64,000 nucleotides of DNA, taken from contig CASEME010000018.1 of the NCBI GenBank assembly GCA_949289125.1, forward strand, positions 134,359-198,358, given 5' to 3'. The notes beneath the pieces were generated by a model. That model ran no database searches and had not been told where the DNA came from. It worked only from the letters and a program-made list of their open reading frames with translations. This document shows positions 15,692-25,606 of the stretch, in pieces (position 1 is the first letter of the stretch; every line of letters starts with the position of its first letter). Made by a program: the position numbers and the translations under genes. Source of the stretch: an uncultured Eubacteriales bacterium. Lineage in GTDB: Bacteria > Bacillota > Clostridia > Christensenellales > CAG-314.

Positions 15692-17062
15692 ATGAAACAT
15701 TTATCAATGGAAGTAAGAGTACCTATTGAAAAAGACAACCCAAGTATTGTGCGTGACGAACAAAAGTGCATAAAATGCGGACAATGCAAACGGGTGTGTA
15801 CCGAACAAATAGGCGTACACAACAGATACACTTTGGAGCAAACAGACAATACTGCGCTGTGCATATCTTGCGGTCAATGCAGCAACGTATGCCCCACTAA
15901 CAGCATAACCGAAAAGTACGAATACGAGCAGTTTGCCAAAGCTATAAGTGACAAAAACAAAATTGTAGTTGTCAACACATCTCCCTCTGTGCGCGTTGCC
16001 TTAGGCGAAGAATTTGGGCTACCTTTAGGTCAATTTGTACAAGGCAAGATGGTTGCACTATTAAAAAAATTGGGTGTCGACTACGTATTGGACACCAACT
16101 TTGCCGCAGACCTAACCATAGTAGAAGAAGCAAGCGAGCTTATTGAACGTATTGTCAACAAAACTGCCCCACTGTCTCAATTTACAAGTTGCTGTCCGGC
16201 ATGGGTGGAATATGCGGAAACTTTTTATCCTGAGATACTGCCCAACTTATCCACAGCAAAAAGTCCTATCGGTATGCAAGGTCCTACAGTCAAAATATAC
16301 TTTGCAAAAAAAATGGGCATAGACCACAAAAAGATATTCAATGTTGCATTGACGCCTTGCACAGCCAAAAAACACGAAATACGCAGAGAAGAAATGTGTG
16401 CTTCTGCAAAATACCACAACAATCCATCGCTTAGAGATATGGATTGTGTAATAACCACGCGCGAATTGGCTATACTTGCCAAACAAAACAACATAGACTT
16501 CAACCAGTTGGAAGATATGCCTTATGATGACCTTATGGGACAAGCATCGGGAGCAGGAGTAATATTCGGCAATACGGGCGGCGTTATGGAGGCTGCTCTG
16601 CGCACTGCCTACGAGTACATTACCAAACAAAAAGCACCGCTAAAAATGCTTAGCCTTACTCCAATAAGAGGTTGCGACGGTATAAGAGAAGCATCTGTAA
16701 ATATTGGAGATATGACACTTAACGTTGCAGTTGTGTACGGTACTGCCAACGCTGCCAAACTACTGCAACTAATCAAAAGCGGACAAAAACAATATCACTT
16801 TGTGGAAGTTATGACTTGCCCCAACGGTTGCATAGGCGGAGGCGGTCAACCCAAAAACATATTGGCTGACAATCAAAACATACGACAACACCGTATGTCG
16901 GCTTTGTACAACAAAGATGCAAGTATGACTGTACGCACCAGCCATGAAAACCCCCAAATTACGCAAGTGTACAAAGAATTTTACGGCAAACCATTGAGCA
17001 AGCTTGCCGAAGAAATGTTGCATACAACATACACTGATAAAAGCGGCAAAATTAAAAAGTAA
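15692..17062 (+). CDS. hydA: [FeFe] hydrogenase, monomeric (2x[4Fe-4S] + H-cluster domain)
   Basis: CIKCGQCKRVC and CISCGQCSNVCP ferredoxin motifs. H-cluster motifs TSCCPAW, TPCTAKKHE, EVMTCPNGCIGGGGQP. Start ATG 15692 after GGAGAA. Confidence 0.9.
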   Translation: MKHLSMEVRVPIEKDNPSIVRDEQKCIKCGQCKRVCTEQIGVHNRYTLEQTDNTALCISCGQCSNVCPTNSITEKYEYEQFAKAISDKNKIVVVNTSPSVRVALGEEFGLPLGQFVQGKMVALLKKLGVDYVLDTNFAADLTIVEEASELIERIVNKTAPLSQFTSCCPAWVEYAETFYPEILPNLSTAKSPIGMQGPTVKIYFAKKMGIDHKKIFNVALTPCTAKKHEIRREEMCASAKYHNNPSLRDMDCVITTRELAILAKQNNIDFNQLEDMPYDDLMGQASGAGVIFGNTGGVMEAALRTAYEYITKQKAPLKMLSLTPIRGCDGIREASVNIGDMTLNVAVVYGTANAAKLLQLIKSGQKQYHFVEVMTCPNGCIGGGGQPKNILADNQNIRQHRMSALYNKDASMTVRTSHENPQITQVYKEFYGKPLSKLAEEMLHTTYTDKSGKIKK

Positions 17063-17100
17063 ATAGCCAACACAAATACCAAACAACTACATACAAAAAG

Positions 17101-17136
17101 AGGCGAAAGCGGAACCAACCGCCTTCGCCTTTTTTA
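17101..17136 (+). terminator. intrinsic terminator after hydA
   Basis: GGCGAAAGCGG...CCGCCTTCGCC followed by T6. Confidence 0.7.
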
Positions 17137-17195
17137 CTATTTTTCGCAATATCAATGTCACTACCGCAATTGTCTTTTTGGCACCCCTTTGTCAC

Positions 17196-18716
17196 CTATC
17201 TTTCGTAATTAAAGATTGTCACAATCTCTTTGAACAGTTTTTCGTTTTCCACTACAATCAAAGCCAGTTTGTCTTTTGCTCGTGTGATATTTTGGTAAAG
17301 CATTTTTTCGTAGAGATAATCGGTTTTGTTGTGCACCCGTGCGCACAATTTGCCCTTTTCGTCATGATAAAAGGCATTGTTCAAAACAACCAAAACTTTG
17401 TCAAACTCCTGCCCTATGACATGGTGAGTATCGTAGTCCATACCATACTCGCCCCAATTGCCTTGCTCGACAGAATTATCCGTATAGTTGATAAACACAT
17501 AGCCACGACTGCGAAAATATTCAATAATACCCAGTGCCTCGATATTATTGCCGGCAAAACACACATTGATATTTTTGTATCTGATGTTGCGAGGTGGCTT
17601 TTTGTTGAGGTCAAATACATATCGCATAAAAAACGCAAGTTCTTTGTTGGTACGGATATGCGTTGTCAATTCGTACTGCGCTGTCAAAGGCAATGCGTTG
17701 ACCTTGTTGAAAATATCGTTGTGTTGTTCTCTCAAAGACAGCGTCTGATTGGGATCCAACGAAATAATACAAGTAATATGTTTGTCTGCAACTATATCGC
17801 ATATTTTTTGCAACTGATTAGCGTATATGCGGTGACACTCGTCAAGTAAAACAAACTTATATTGAGCAATTGTATCCAGACTGTCTTTGACGCTCTCAAT
17901 AGGTACAAGTGAAAAGTTGTCAACCTTATTGTTAAGTTGCTGATAGCCTTGGGGCAACTTGGCACAATGGACAATAAGCGTTGGCGCAAGGCGAGCAAGT
18001 TGCAACGCTATATCGTACAACAAAAGCGTCTTGCCTGTGCCTGCTTCACCCTTGATACAAAAGTATCCGCCCTTGTCCATATCTATCATTGAAAGCAAAT
18101 GGCTTTTTATCTTTTCCTGATGGTCGGTCAAAAAGTATCGTCCTTGCAAAAATGCCTCAGGCATACTGAGCGGAGATATAAGAAATTGCGACGGGCAGAA
18201 AAACCGCTGTATATCCTGCGCAAAAGGCTGGCAGAACTTACCAACAACAGTTGCCAACTCCTCAATACTACTGCTACGCAACACATCGTCCTCGTCCATA
18301 GTAAAACATTTGAGACTATCTGTTACTACAGTAAAAGAATATATCTTTCTGTTGAGCGGCGCAAGGTAATGTCTGTTTTGTCTGAGCTGTTTTTCTATGC
18401 GCTCCAATTCCACCGCCTTACTTTTTAGCTCAATATTGAGCACCTTGCCGTCCACAATTTTCAACAAGTCAAATTCCTTGCCAATCTGAGGGATAATGTA
18501 GTTGTAAAAAAATCCCTCCCACTTAAATATTCCGCACTTGTGCTTGACAAGCGTATTGACAAGCGCCTGCAAAGACTTTATCTCATGCCTTTGACACTTT
18601 ACTACTATGTCACTATTTAAAGCGTCTTTTTCCACGCAATTGTGCATAAGTACAGACTTAAAGGCTTTGACATCGTTTATTCGTGATAGCAAATACAAAT
18701 TGATCGGCTTAATCAT
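17196..18716 (-). CDS. PD-(D/E)xK (NERD-like) nuclease domain fused to SF1/UvrD-like P-loop ATPase (DUF2075-like)
   Basis: N-terminal GKEFDLLKI...VLNIELK (D...ExK). Walker A GEAGTGKTLLL, Walker B FVLLDECHRI, C-terminal TRAKDKLALIV. Preferred start ATG 18716 (GGAG RBS). Confidence 0.55.
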   Translation of the reverse strand: MIKPINLYLLSRINDVKAFKSVLMHNCVEKDALNSDIVVKCQRHEIKSLQALVNTLVKHKCGIFKWEGFFYNYIIPQIGKEFDLLKIVDGKVLNIELKSKAVELERIEKQLRQNRHYLAPLNRKIYSFTVVTDSLKCFTMDEDDVLRSSSIEELATVVGKFCQPFAQDIQRFFCPSQFLISPLSMPEAFLQGRYFLTDHQEKIKSHLLSMIDMDKGGYFCIKGEAGTGKTLLLYDIALQLARLAPTLIVHCAKLPQGYQQLNNKVDNFSLVPIESVKDSLDTIAQYKFVLLDECHRIYANQLQKICDIVADKHITCIISLDPNQTLSLREQHNDIFNKVNALPLTAQYELTTHIRTNKELAFFMRYVFDLNKKPPRNIRYKNINVCFAGNNIEALGIIEYFRSRGYVFINYTDNSVEQGNWGEYGMDYDTHHVIGQEFDKVLVVLNNAFYHDEKGKLCARVHNKTDYLYEKMLYQNITRAKDKLALIVVENEKLFKEIVTIFNYER

Positions 18717-19017
18717 GATAGTACTCCGACAACTGTTGCCATTGAGCTTTGTCAATTGCTCTCACAAAACGTTGCTTGCAATGGACTAATCAATGACAAT
18801 ATTTATATTGATATTGTAGCACAAAAGGCAACGGCAATCAATATGTTGCCTTTATCTATATTATACTTATAAGCTTTGCAACAAATTGGCAAAAATAGTC
18901 AATAATATTACCCACAAAGCTACAACTTTTTTTAAGAAAAAATTAGTACAATAATATACAATTTGCACAAGGGTATGTTATAATAGGTAAATAGTAAACA
19001 AAAGTGAAGTATTTTTT

Positions 19018-20223
19018 GTGGAGAAGTTGATGAAAAAAGACAAGGCAATACGTTGGCACAAGCCAAGACATACATTTTGCTATCACTTAATACGACCTGC
19101 CTTTAAGGCGTTTGCAAAAATAAAATACCATCTTTCGTACGAACGATTGGACAATAGCAAACGTCCCTATCTTATACTATACAATCATCAAACAGCATCC
19201 GATCAATTTTTTGTATACGCTATGTGTCCCAAGACAACGTACTTTGTAGCTACAGAGGACTTGTTTTCTATGGGATTTGTTACCAAATTTTTGACATACA
19301 CATCGGGCATAATACCTATCAAAAAGAACTCAACAGACGCTTCTGCCGTTATGACATGTTGCAGAGTTGCACGCGAAGGCTATTCGGTGGCTATTGCACC
19401 AGAGGGCAACCGTACCTACACGGGTAAAACGGTATATATAACTCCATCCATAGCAAAGATGGTAAAGCTGTTAAAGTTGCCTGTTGCAATAGTCAACTTT
19501 CATGGTGGCTACGGACTTGATCCGCGTTGGGCAATGAAATATCGCAAAGGTAAACTACATGCGCAACTACGCACCATCATTGAACCGCAACAATACAAGG
19601 ATATGAGTGCGGACGAGCTATATACGTATCTCAAACAACTACTTAGTATAGACGAAGTTAACGACGGCAGAGTATACAAAGATATACCTACATCGGCGCA
19701 GTATCTTGAACGAGTACTGTACCGTTGTCCTCAGTGCGGCAGTATTGGTACTCTACAGTCCAAAGGCAGGACATTTACCTGTCAGCATTGCTGTAGTCAC
19801 ACCACTTACCACCCCAATAAGCAGTTTGACAAAACTTTTGTGTTTGCCAATCCGGACCAATGGTGGCAATGGCAAAACGAACAAATACGCCAAACAGACA
19901 TAAACCAAGACAAAGACAAAGCTATAGCAACAGATAGCGATGTAAAAGTGGACAAGGTGTTGCAACCCAAAAAGCAACTCCTTCACAAAAGCACTACTGC
20001 TATACTTTATAAAGACCGTTTGTCTATAGGCGGGCAGTACTATATGTATGATGACATTACTGCTATGGCTGTGTGCGGCCACAACAAATTGTTTGTCTAT
20101 CACAAAGACGCCACAATACAACTAAAAGGCAACAAACGCTTTTGTGCGTTGAAATATACAAACTATTATTATCATTACAAACACACTATGGAGGGAGTAG
20201 AAGATGGATTTCTCGGCTTATGA
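19018..20223 (+). CDS. lysophospholipid (PlsC-family) acyltransferase with C-terminal zinc-ribbon region
   Basis: NHQTASDQ (HX4D) and APEGNRT motifs. CPQCG...CQHCC. The start may be ATG 19030. Confidence 0.75.
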   Translation: MEKLMKKDKAIRWHKPRHTFCYHLIRPAFKAFAKIKYHLSYERLDNSKRPYLILYNHQTASDQFFVYAMCPKTTYFVATEDLFSMGFVTKFLTYTSGIIPIKKNSTDASAVMTCCRVAREGYSVAIAPEGNRTYTGKTVYITPSIAKMVKLLKLPVAIVNFHGGYGLDPRWAMKYRKGKLHAQLRTIIEPQQYKDMSADELYTYLKQLLSIDEVNDGRVYKDIPTSAQYLERVLYRCPQCGSIGTLQSKGRTFTCQHCCSHTTYHPNKQFDKTFVFANPDQWWQWQNEQIRQTDINQDKDKAIATDSDVKVDKVLQPKKQLLHKSTTAILYKDRLSIGGQYYMYDDITAMAVCGHNKLFVYHKDATIQLKGNKRFCALKYTNYYYHYKHTMEGVEDGFLGL

Positions 20224-21715
20224 AGTATGGTCGTTTCTTTTGATACTCGCAGTATTACTCGCAAGTATGTTGTTGGCAAGCGCGCTTATGAGAGCATTTA
20301 AGTTTCTCAGAGAGTCGCTTATCCCCGTATCGGTCTTGGGTGGCATAATACTGCTTATCATATCAACCATACTTTACTTTACGGTGGGAGACTACCTATT
20401 TAATCTCACTTTGTTCAATCCTAATCAGGATACCTACAACGGTATGGAATTGCTGGAGCTTATTACATACCACACATTGGGTATAGGTTTTGTGGCCATG
20501 GGTATGCGCACAAGCAAACGCAAGTTTACCAAACAACGCAATGTGGAAATATTCAACAGCGGCGTTACCACAGTCAACACTTACCTTATTCAAGTAATTG
20601 TAGGTATGATAATTGTAATTATTGCCATGTACGGCTTTAATGTATCGGGACTTATTGAAGCGGCAGGTATATTGCTTGCCTTCGGCTTTGGACAAGGCAC
20701 AGGTCAAGCACTCAACTACGGCAATATATTTGAAAAATCAGGCTTGGAGGGCGGTGGCAACTTTGGTCTTACAATAGCGGCGCTCGGCTTTTTGTCTGCT
20801 TGTATAGGCGGCGTTATTTATCTCAACGTCTTGCGCAGAAAGGGTATAATTAAGGTAGAAGAAAAGAAGGAAGAAGAATTTACTCTTGCAGACTATCAGG
20901 ATGACAACGAAGTTCCTATGGTGTCGTCTATGGACAAATTTACAATACAGCTTGCTTTGGTATTTGGCATATACATCGTATCTTACTTTATTATGATGGG
21001 ACTGTCCGCATTGATACCGAGCTTAGAAGCAGTATTGTTTGGATTCAACTTCTTTATTGCTACACTGCTTACTATCCCTGCAAAAGCCCTTATACATCTT
21101 ATGGAAAGAAAGGGAGTAATTAAGCGCAAAATTGTCAACAACTTTATGATGAACCGTATTGGTGGTTTTTCCTTTGACCTTATGATTGTGTCGGGTATTG
21201 CAGCCATTCAGTTGCCTTTGCTTGCCAACCATTGGGGACTACTACTAATAATGGCATTGGTTGGACTTGTTGCTACGTTTGCCTATGTGTACTTTGTATC
21301 CAAAAAGTTGCACCCCACTTATGTGCACGAACAATTTCTTGTAATGTACGGTATGCTGACAGGTACTGCAAGTACAGGTATAATACTGTTAAGAGAGATT
21401 GACGGTTCTTTCAAAACACCGGCAAGCGAAAACGTAGTTTTTCAGACTTTGCCTGCAATGATATTTGGTTTTCCACTTATGTTGCTTGCGCCCTTTGCAG
21501 CCAAAGGCACCACCGAGGCATTGATTACTTTGGGAATAGCCGTAGGTATATTGGGCGTGTACAATGTGATACTGTTCCGCGACTTTATATTTACGCGGCG
21601 CAAAAAAGCCTTGGCCGTTGCAGACGGCACTGTAGAAGGCACTACTGAAGTAGACCAAGCAGACGTTAGCGATACAAGCGACGGCGGTGACAGCTCGTCT
21701 TCTGACAAACAGTAA
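20204..21715 (+). CDS. sodium/glutamate symporter family (GltS-like) membrane protein
   Basis: 503 aa, polytopic. The N-terminus and the GFGQGTGQA block resemble GltS (GGHGTGAA). Acidic/Ser-rich C-terminal tail. Confidence 0.55.
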   Translation: MDFSAYEVWSFLLILAVLLASMLLASALMRAFKFLRESLIPVSVLGGIILLIISTILYFTVGDYLFNLTLFNPNQDTYNGMELLELITYHTLGIGFVAMGMRTSKRKFTKQRNVEIFNSGVTTVNTYLIQVIVGMIIVIIAMYGFNVSGLIEAAGILLAFGFGQGTGQALNYGNIFEKSGLEGGGNFGLTIAALGFLSACIGGVIYLNVLRRKGIIKVEEKKEEEFTLADYQDDNEVPMVSSMDKFTIQLALVFGIYIVSYFIMMGLSALIPSLEAVLFGFNFFIATLLTIPAKALIHLMERKGVIKRKIVNNFMMNRIGGFSFDLMIVSGIAAIQLPLLANHWGLLLIMALVGLVATFAYVYFVSKKLHPTYVHEQFLVMYGMLTGTASTGIILLREIDGSFKTPASENVVFQTLPAMIFGFPLMLLAPFAAKGTTEALITLGIAVGILGVYNVILFRDFIFTRRKKALAVADGTVEGTTEVDQADVSDTSDGGDSSSSDKQ

Positions 21716-21731
21716 CAATATTAACTAAAAA

Positions 21732-21770
21732 CAACAGCACTCTTGCGTAATGCAAAAGTGCTGTTTTGTT
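21732..21770 (+). terminator. intrinsic terminator
   Basis: ACAGCACT...AGTGCTGT stem followed by TTTTGTT. Confidence 0.65.
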
Positions 21771-21828
21771 GTATAAAGTTATTTAGAATTAAGTTATTAG
21801 TAACATCAATGCTATATAGACGCAGATA

Positions 21829-22365
21829 TTACAACAAAGGCAATGGCGCAAGGTACACGATGTCGGGACGTTTCATAGCCTCGCCTTCTGCAAGCACAAA
21901 GCCCTTGCGGTAGATTGTACCACCGCTCATACGTACCAGCTCTTCCAAACCTCTTAAGCTGTTACCCGTAGATACAACATCGTCCACAATGCCTACCTTT
22001 TTGCCTTTCATAAGCTCAAAGTCGTGACGTGACAAATACAACTTTTGCTTTGCACCCGTGGTGATGCTGGAATCTATCTCCACTTCCACGCCGTCCTGCA
22101 TATACAACTTTTTGGACTTGCGTGCAACTGCATAGTAATGATGACCAAGTTCTCTTGCCATAACGTGCGCAAGTTGCAAGCCTTTACTTTCTGCCGTCAA
22201 CAATACTTCGCAACCCTGCATCAACTTTGCCAACTCTTTGCCGCAGTATTCGGTCATCTCCTGATTGCCGTGCAAGTTGAAAAATGCTATTTTTACACCG
22301 CTCGGTAACGGCAATATGGGCAACTGTGCTTTGTAACCTTTCAAATCTATCTCAAGATAATCCAT
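21829..22365 (-). CDS. phosphoribosyltransferase family protein (purine-salvage type)
   Basis: PRPP-binding motif KKVGIVDDVVSTGNSL. Preferred start MDYLEIDL at 22365 after GAGGAGAG. Confidence 0.7.
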   Translation of the reverse strand: MDYLEIDLKGYKAQLPILPLPSGVKIAFFNLHGNQEMTEYCGKELAKLMQGCEVLLTAESKGLQLAHVMARELGHHYYAVARKSKKLYMQDGVEVEIDSSITTGAKQKLYLSRHDFELMKGKKVGIVDDVVSTGNSLRGLEELVRMSGGTIYRKGFVLAEGEAMKRPDIVYLAPLPLL

Positions 22366-22813
22366 TGTGGTTTCTCTCCTCGGTAAAAAGTATTGTTTTG
22401 TGCAAATACCGACATTGCTCCAAACACGCATATTATTTTACTACAAATGTAGCTATCTGTCAATGTTTTACAAAAAAGTTGCTTTGCCGCATTGTCTAAG
22501 CACGCTTATTAGACAATAATTTTGCACCGCTGTTTTGTAAACTTTGATACTGTAATATATTCTAAATTGACGTCATTGTTTAACAATAATAATGCCTGTT
22601 GAAAAGCGAAATTTTATTTTGTTAGTTTGTTGATAAACGTTTGACAAATATCGACGAGTGTTTTAATATAGGAATATCTTTTTTTCTCAAAAGATTACGT
22701 TATTGGGAGGTACAATATAATGCTGTTGTTTGGCGGTTGTGTTTTTTTACCCAACTTGTGGATAATGACGACTAATACTGCACACTCCTATACTATACAC
22801 CTATAGAATACCC

Positions 22814-22853
22814 AAACCGCCCTTGCGCACAAGCCAAGGGCGGTTTGCATTTT
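22814..22853 (+). terminator. intrinsic terminator inside the leader of the purine permease gene
   Basis: 12-bp stem AAACCGCCCTTG / CAAGGGCGGTTT followed by GCATTTT. Lies 60 nt upstream of the permease start. Confidence 0.6.
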
Positions 22854-22914
22854 GTGGCAGGTGCGTTGGCGTATTGTATGAGAAACAGATAATACTATAT
22901 GGAGGGTAACTTTT

Positions 22915-24456
22915 ATGGCAGACAAAAAAGTCGGACAAGACGAACAAACCACTGTCACCACTCCCGTAGAGGAGCAGGCTACAGAGAGCTCGCAACCCAC
23001 AGCTCCAAGCGGAGAAGCTGTTGCAACTAAGCGTAGCTGGTTGGATCGTACTTTCAAACTTAAGGAGAACGGCACTACCGTCAAGACAGAAGTTATGGCT
23101 GGTATCACTACCTTTATGGCAATGGTATACATACTTATGGTCAATGCAGGTATGTTCAGTGATCCATTTGGTGACGGCACCAACCTTTTGGGCGTAAGCT
23201 ACGGCGCTATTTATATTGCAACTGCACTTTCCGCAATAGTCGGCACTGTGCTTATCGGTTTGTTGGCAAAACTGCCGTTGGCTCAGGCAAGCGGTATGGG
23301 ACTTAACGCTTTCTTCGTATATACTTGCGTCAGCTCACTTGGTTTTACTTATGCTAACGCACTTGTATTTGTTTTGATTGACGGTATCGTATTTGTATTG
23401 CTGACAGTAACCGGTCTTAGAAAGAAAATCTTTACTGCTATTCCTCGTACCGTTCGTATTGCTGTACCTGCTGCAATAGGTTTGTTTATTGCATTTATCG
23501 GTGTACAAAACTGCGACCTTGTTGTATCCGAATCTTCTACCGGTGTTACAATGGGTAGCATGAACTTGCTCGCTCGTCCTTGGTCAGAAGTTATGCCTTT
23601 GGTTGTATCCATACTTGGCGTTGTACTTATTGCAGTAATGTCCAAACTGAAAATAAAGGGTGCTATCCTTTGGGGTATTCTTGGATCAGCTGCACTTTAT
23701 TACTTGCTTGGCTTGACAACCGGTATGTACTGGGGTGAAAAAGCTTTACAAGTTAGTCTGTCCAATCCTCTTGACGCTTTCAAAGATTGGGGTACACAAT
23801 CTGTAGCAAAAGTATTTACTGATGGCTTTGATTTCAGCGCTTATCTCGAAAACAACTCCGTTGCAGGACTTGTACTTGCACTTATCACATCTTCACTTGC
23901 ATTCTGCATGGTTGATATGTTTGACACTTTGGGCACTCTTTACGGTGCTTGCGCAAGAGGCAACCTTCTTACTGCAGAAGGCGAAGTTCCCAACATGAAC
24001 AGAGCAATGCTTGCAGACGCTATCGCTACCTGCACAGGCGCTATCTGCGGTACTTCTACTGTTACTACCTTTGTAGAATCCTCTTCCGGTATTGCAGAAG
24101 GCGGTAAGACAGGTCTTACTTCTATCGTTGTTGCACTTGGTTTCTTGGTTGCAATGTTCTTGACACCTATCGCTCAGTTGATTCCCAACTGCGCTACCGC
24201 TCCCGCTCTTATCTACGTTGGTGTTCTTATGATGAACGGCGTCAAAGAAATCGAGTGGACAGATCCCGAATTTGCTGTACCGTCCTTCCTTACAATCGGC
24301 ATGACAGTATTTACTTACAGCATCAGCTTCGGTATCGGTTTCGGTATTATCTCTCATGTGCTTATCAAAGTTTGCACAGGCAAGGCTAAGGAAGTAAGCG
24401 TTACTACTTACATACTTGCAGCTTTGTTCCTTGCAATGTTCTTTGTAACTCACTAA
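22915..24456 (+). CDS. NCS2-family (AzgA/PbuG-type) adenine/guanine/hypoxanthine permease
   Basis: LDRTFKLKENGTTVKTEVMAGITTFMAMVYILMVN hallmark. 513 aa, polytopic, with a ~35-aa N-terminal extension. Confidence 0.85.
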   Translation: MADKKVGQDEQTTVTTPVEEQATESSQPTAPSGEAVATKRSWLDRTFKLKENGTTVKTEVMAGITTFMAMVYILMVNAGMFSDPFGDGTNLLGVSYGAIYIATALSAIVGTVLIGLLAKLPLAQASGMGLNAFFVYTCVSSLGFTYANALVFVLIDGIVFVLLTVTGLRKKIFTAIPRTVRIAVPAAIGLFIAFIGVQNCDLVVSESSTGVTMGSMNLLARPWSEVMPLVVSILGVVLIAVMSKLKIKGAILWGILGSAALYYLLGLTTGMYWGEKALQVSLSNPLDAFKDWGTQSVAKVFTDGFDFSAYLENNSVAGLVLALITSSLAFCMVDMFDTLGTLYGACARGNLLTAEGEVPNMNRAMLADAIATCTGAICGTSTVTTFVESSSGIAEGGKTGLTSIVVALGFLVAMFLTPIAQLIPNCATAPALIYVGVLMMNGVKEIEWTDPEFAVPSFLTIGMTVFTYSISFGIGFGIISHVLIKVCTGKAKEVSVTTYILAALFLAMFFVTH

Positions 24457-24478
24457 TTGATAGTTGCAATTATACAAA

Positions 24479-24508
24479 AGGCGAACGCTAAATGTGTTCG
24501 CCTTTTTT
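24479..24508 (+). terminator. intrinsic terminator
   Basis: GGCGAAC...GTTCGCC followed by T7. Confidence 0.7.
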
Positions 24509-24559
24509 TGTTACCGACACACCAATACTTCAATATAGACCGCTCAAACTTTTGATAAA

Positions 24560-25471
24560 GTGTACAAACAGGCATACACTAAATATATGCAAATGCGTTA
24601 TACCATAGAAGACAATTACCAAGGCAAGACAGTCAAGCAATATCTTGTAGACAACCTGCACTTATCCCTTACCAACATAATTGCACTCAAAAGCACGACC
24701 AATGGCATTGTGCTCAATGGCAAACAAGTAACGGTAAGGCATATTGTTTGTGCAAAAGATATACTTACCCTAACACTGCCCGACAAAAAATGCAACGTAT
24801 TGCCGAGCAGCAACACAATAGACATAATATACGAGGACAAGTATGTGTATGTAGTGTCAAAGCCTCAAGGATTGCCTACACACCCCGACAGAAAATACAA
24901 GACAGACACGTTGGGCAACCGCATATTGGGCAGTGTGCAGTTTGATAACAATGCACAATTACATATAGTTACTCGCCTCGACAAAGACACACAAGGGCTT
25001 GTATTGGGTGCAAAGGACTGTATTACCAAAAGACTGCTGACAGAAATGTTGGAAAAAGAGCAAATAAAAAAAACTTACATTGCCAAAGTATGGGGACAAC
25101 TTGCACAACAATGCGGCACAATAGACTTGCCACTATCAAGAGACGATAGTACCAACACTACATATCCCGACACTAACGGTAAAACAGCTGTTACACACTA
25201 CAAAGTACTGTTGTGCGACAACGAGTACAGCTTAGTACAGCTGCACCCTATTAGCGGAAGAACGCACCAACTGCGTGCGCACCTCAAAGCAGTAGGTTGT
25301 CCTATAGTTGGCGACAGCATATATGGCAAAGACAAGCCCGAAAAGAGCAAGAGTTTGTGCCTATTGATGTACAGACTGCAATTTACTCACCCATACAGCA
25401 ATCAACAGCTCGATTTTAGGGCAACATTGCCACAATGGGCAAAGGTATTAGAAGACTTAAATATTGACTGA
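24560..25471 (+). CDS. RluA-family pseudouridine synthase (S4 + catalytic domain)
   Basis: VTRLDKDTQGLVL (catalytic Asp motif) and GRTHQLRAHL. The start may be an internal M (24590/24596). Confidence 0.85.
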   Translation: MYKQAYTKYMQMRYTIEDNYQGKTVKQYLVDNLHLSLTNIIALKSTTNGIVLNGKQVTVRHIVCAKDILTLTLPDKKCNVLPSSNTIDIIYEDKYVYVVSKPQGLPTHPDRKYKTDTLGNRILGSVQFDNNAQLHIVTRLDKDTQGLVLGAKDCITKRLLTEMLEKEQIKKTYIAKVWGQLAQQCGTIDLPLSRDDSTNTTYPDTNGKTAVTHYKVLLCDNEYSLVQLHPISGRTHQLRAHLKAVGCPIVGDSIYGKDKPEKSKSLCLLMYRLQFTHPYSNQQLDFRATLPQWAKVLEDLNID

Positions 25472-25506
25472 CAAGTAGCAATATACCAACAACTATCCAA
25501 AACAAA

Positions 25507-25540
25507 AGCGACAGAACACTATTTGTTCTGTCGCTTTTAT
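25507..25540. terminator. bidirectional intrinsic terminator
   Basis: AGCGACAGAAC / GTTCTGTCGCT with A-run and T-run flanks, between convergent genes. Confidence 0.7.
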
Positions 25541-25606
25541 GTTGATTTGTGTTTGATTTAGAGATAAGCGTGTCAATATCTTTTGATACCACGTTGCTGC
25601 TTACAA

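Noticed and set aside
22500-22914. Expected guanine/adenine riboswitch between the PRT gene and the NCS2 purine permease.
   Set aside because: The conserved junction and loop motifs of the purine riboswitch were not found on either strand. Only a promoter-like site, a sORF and a terminator are present (reported as a finding instead).
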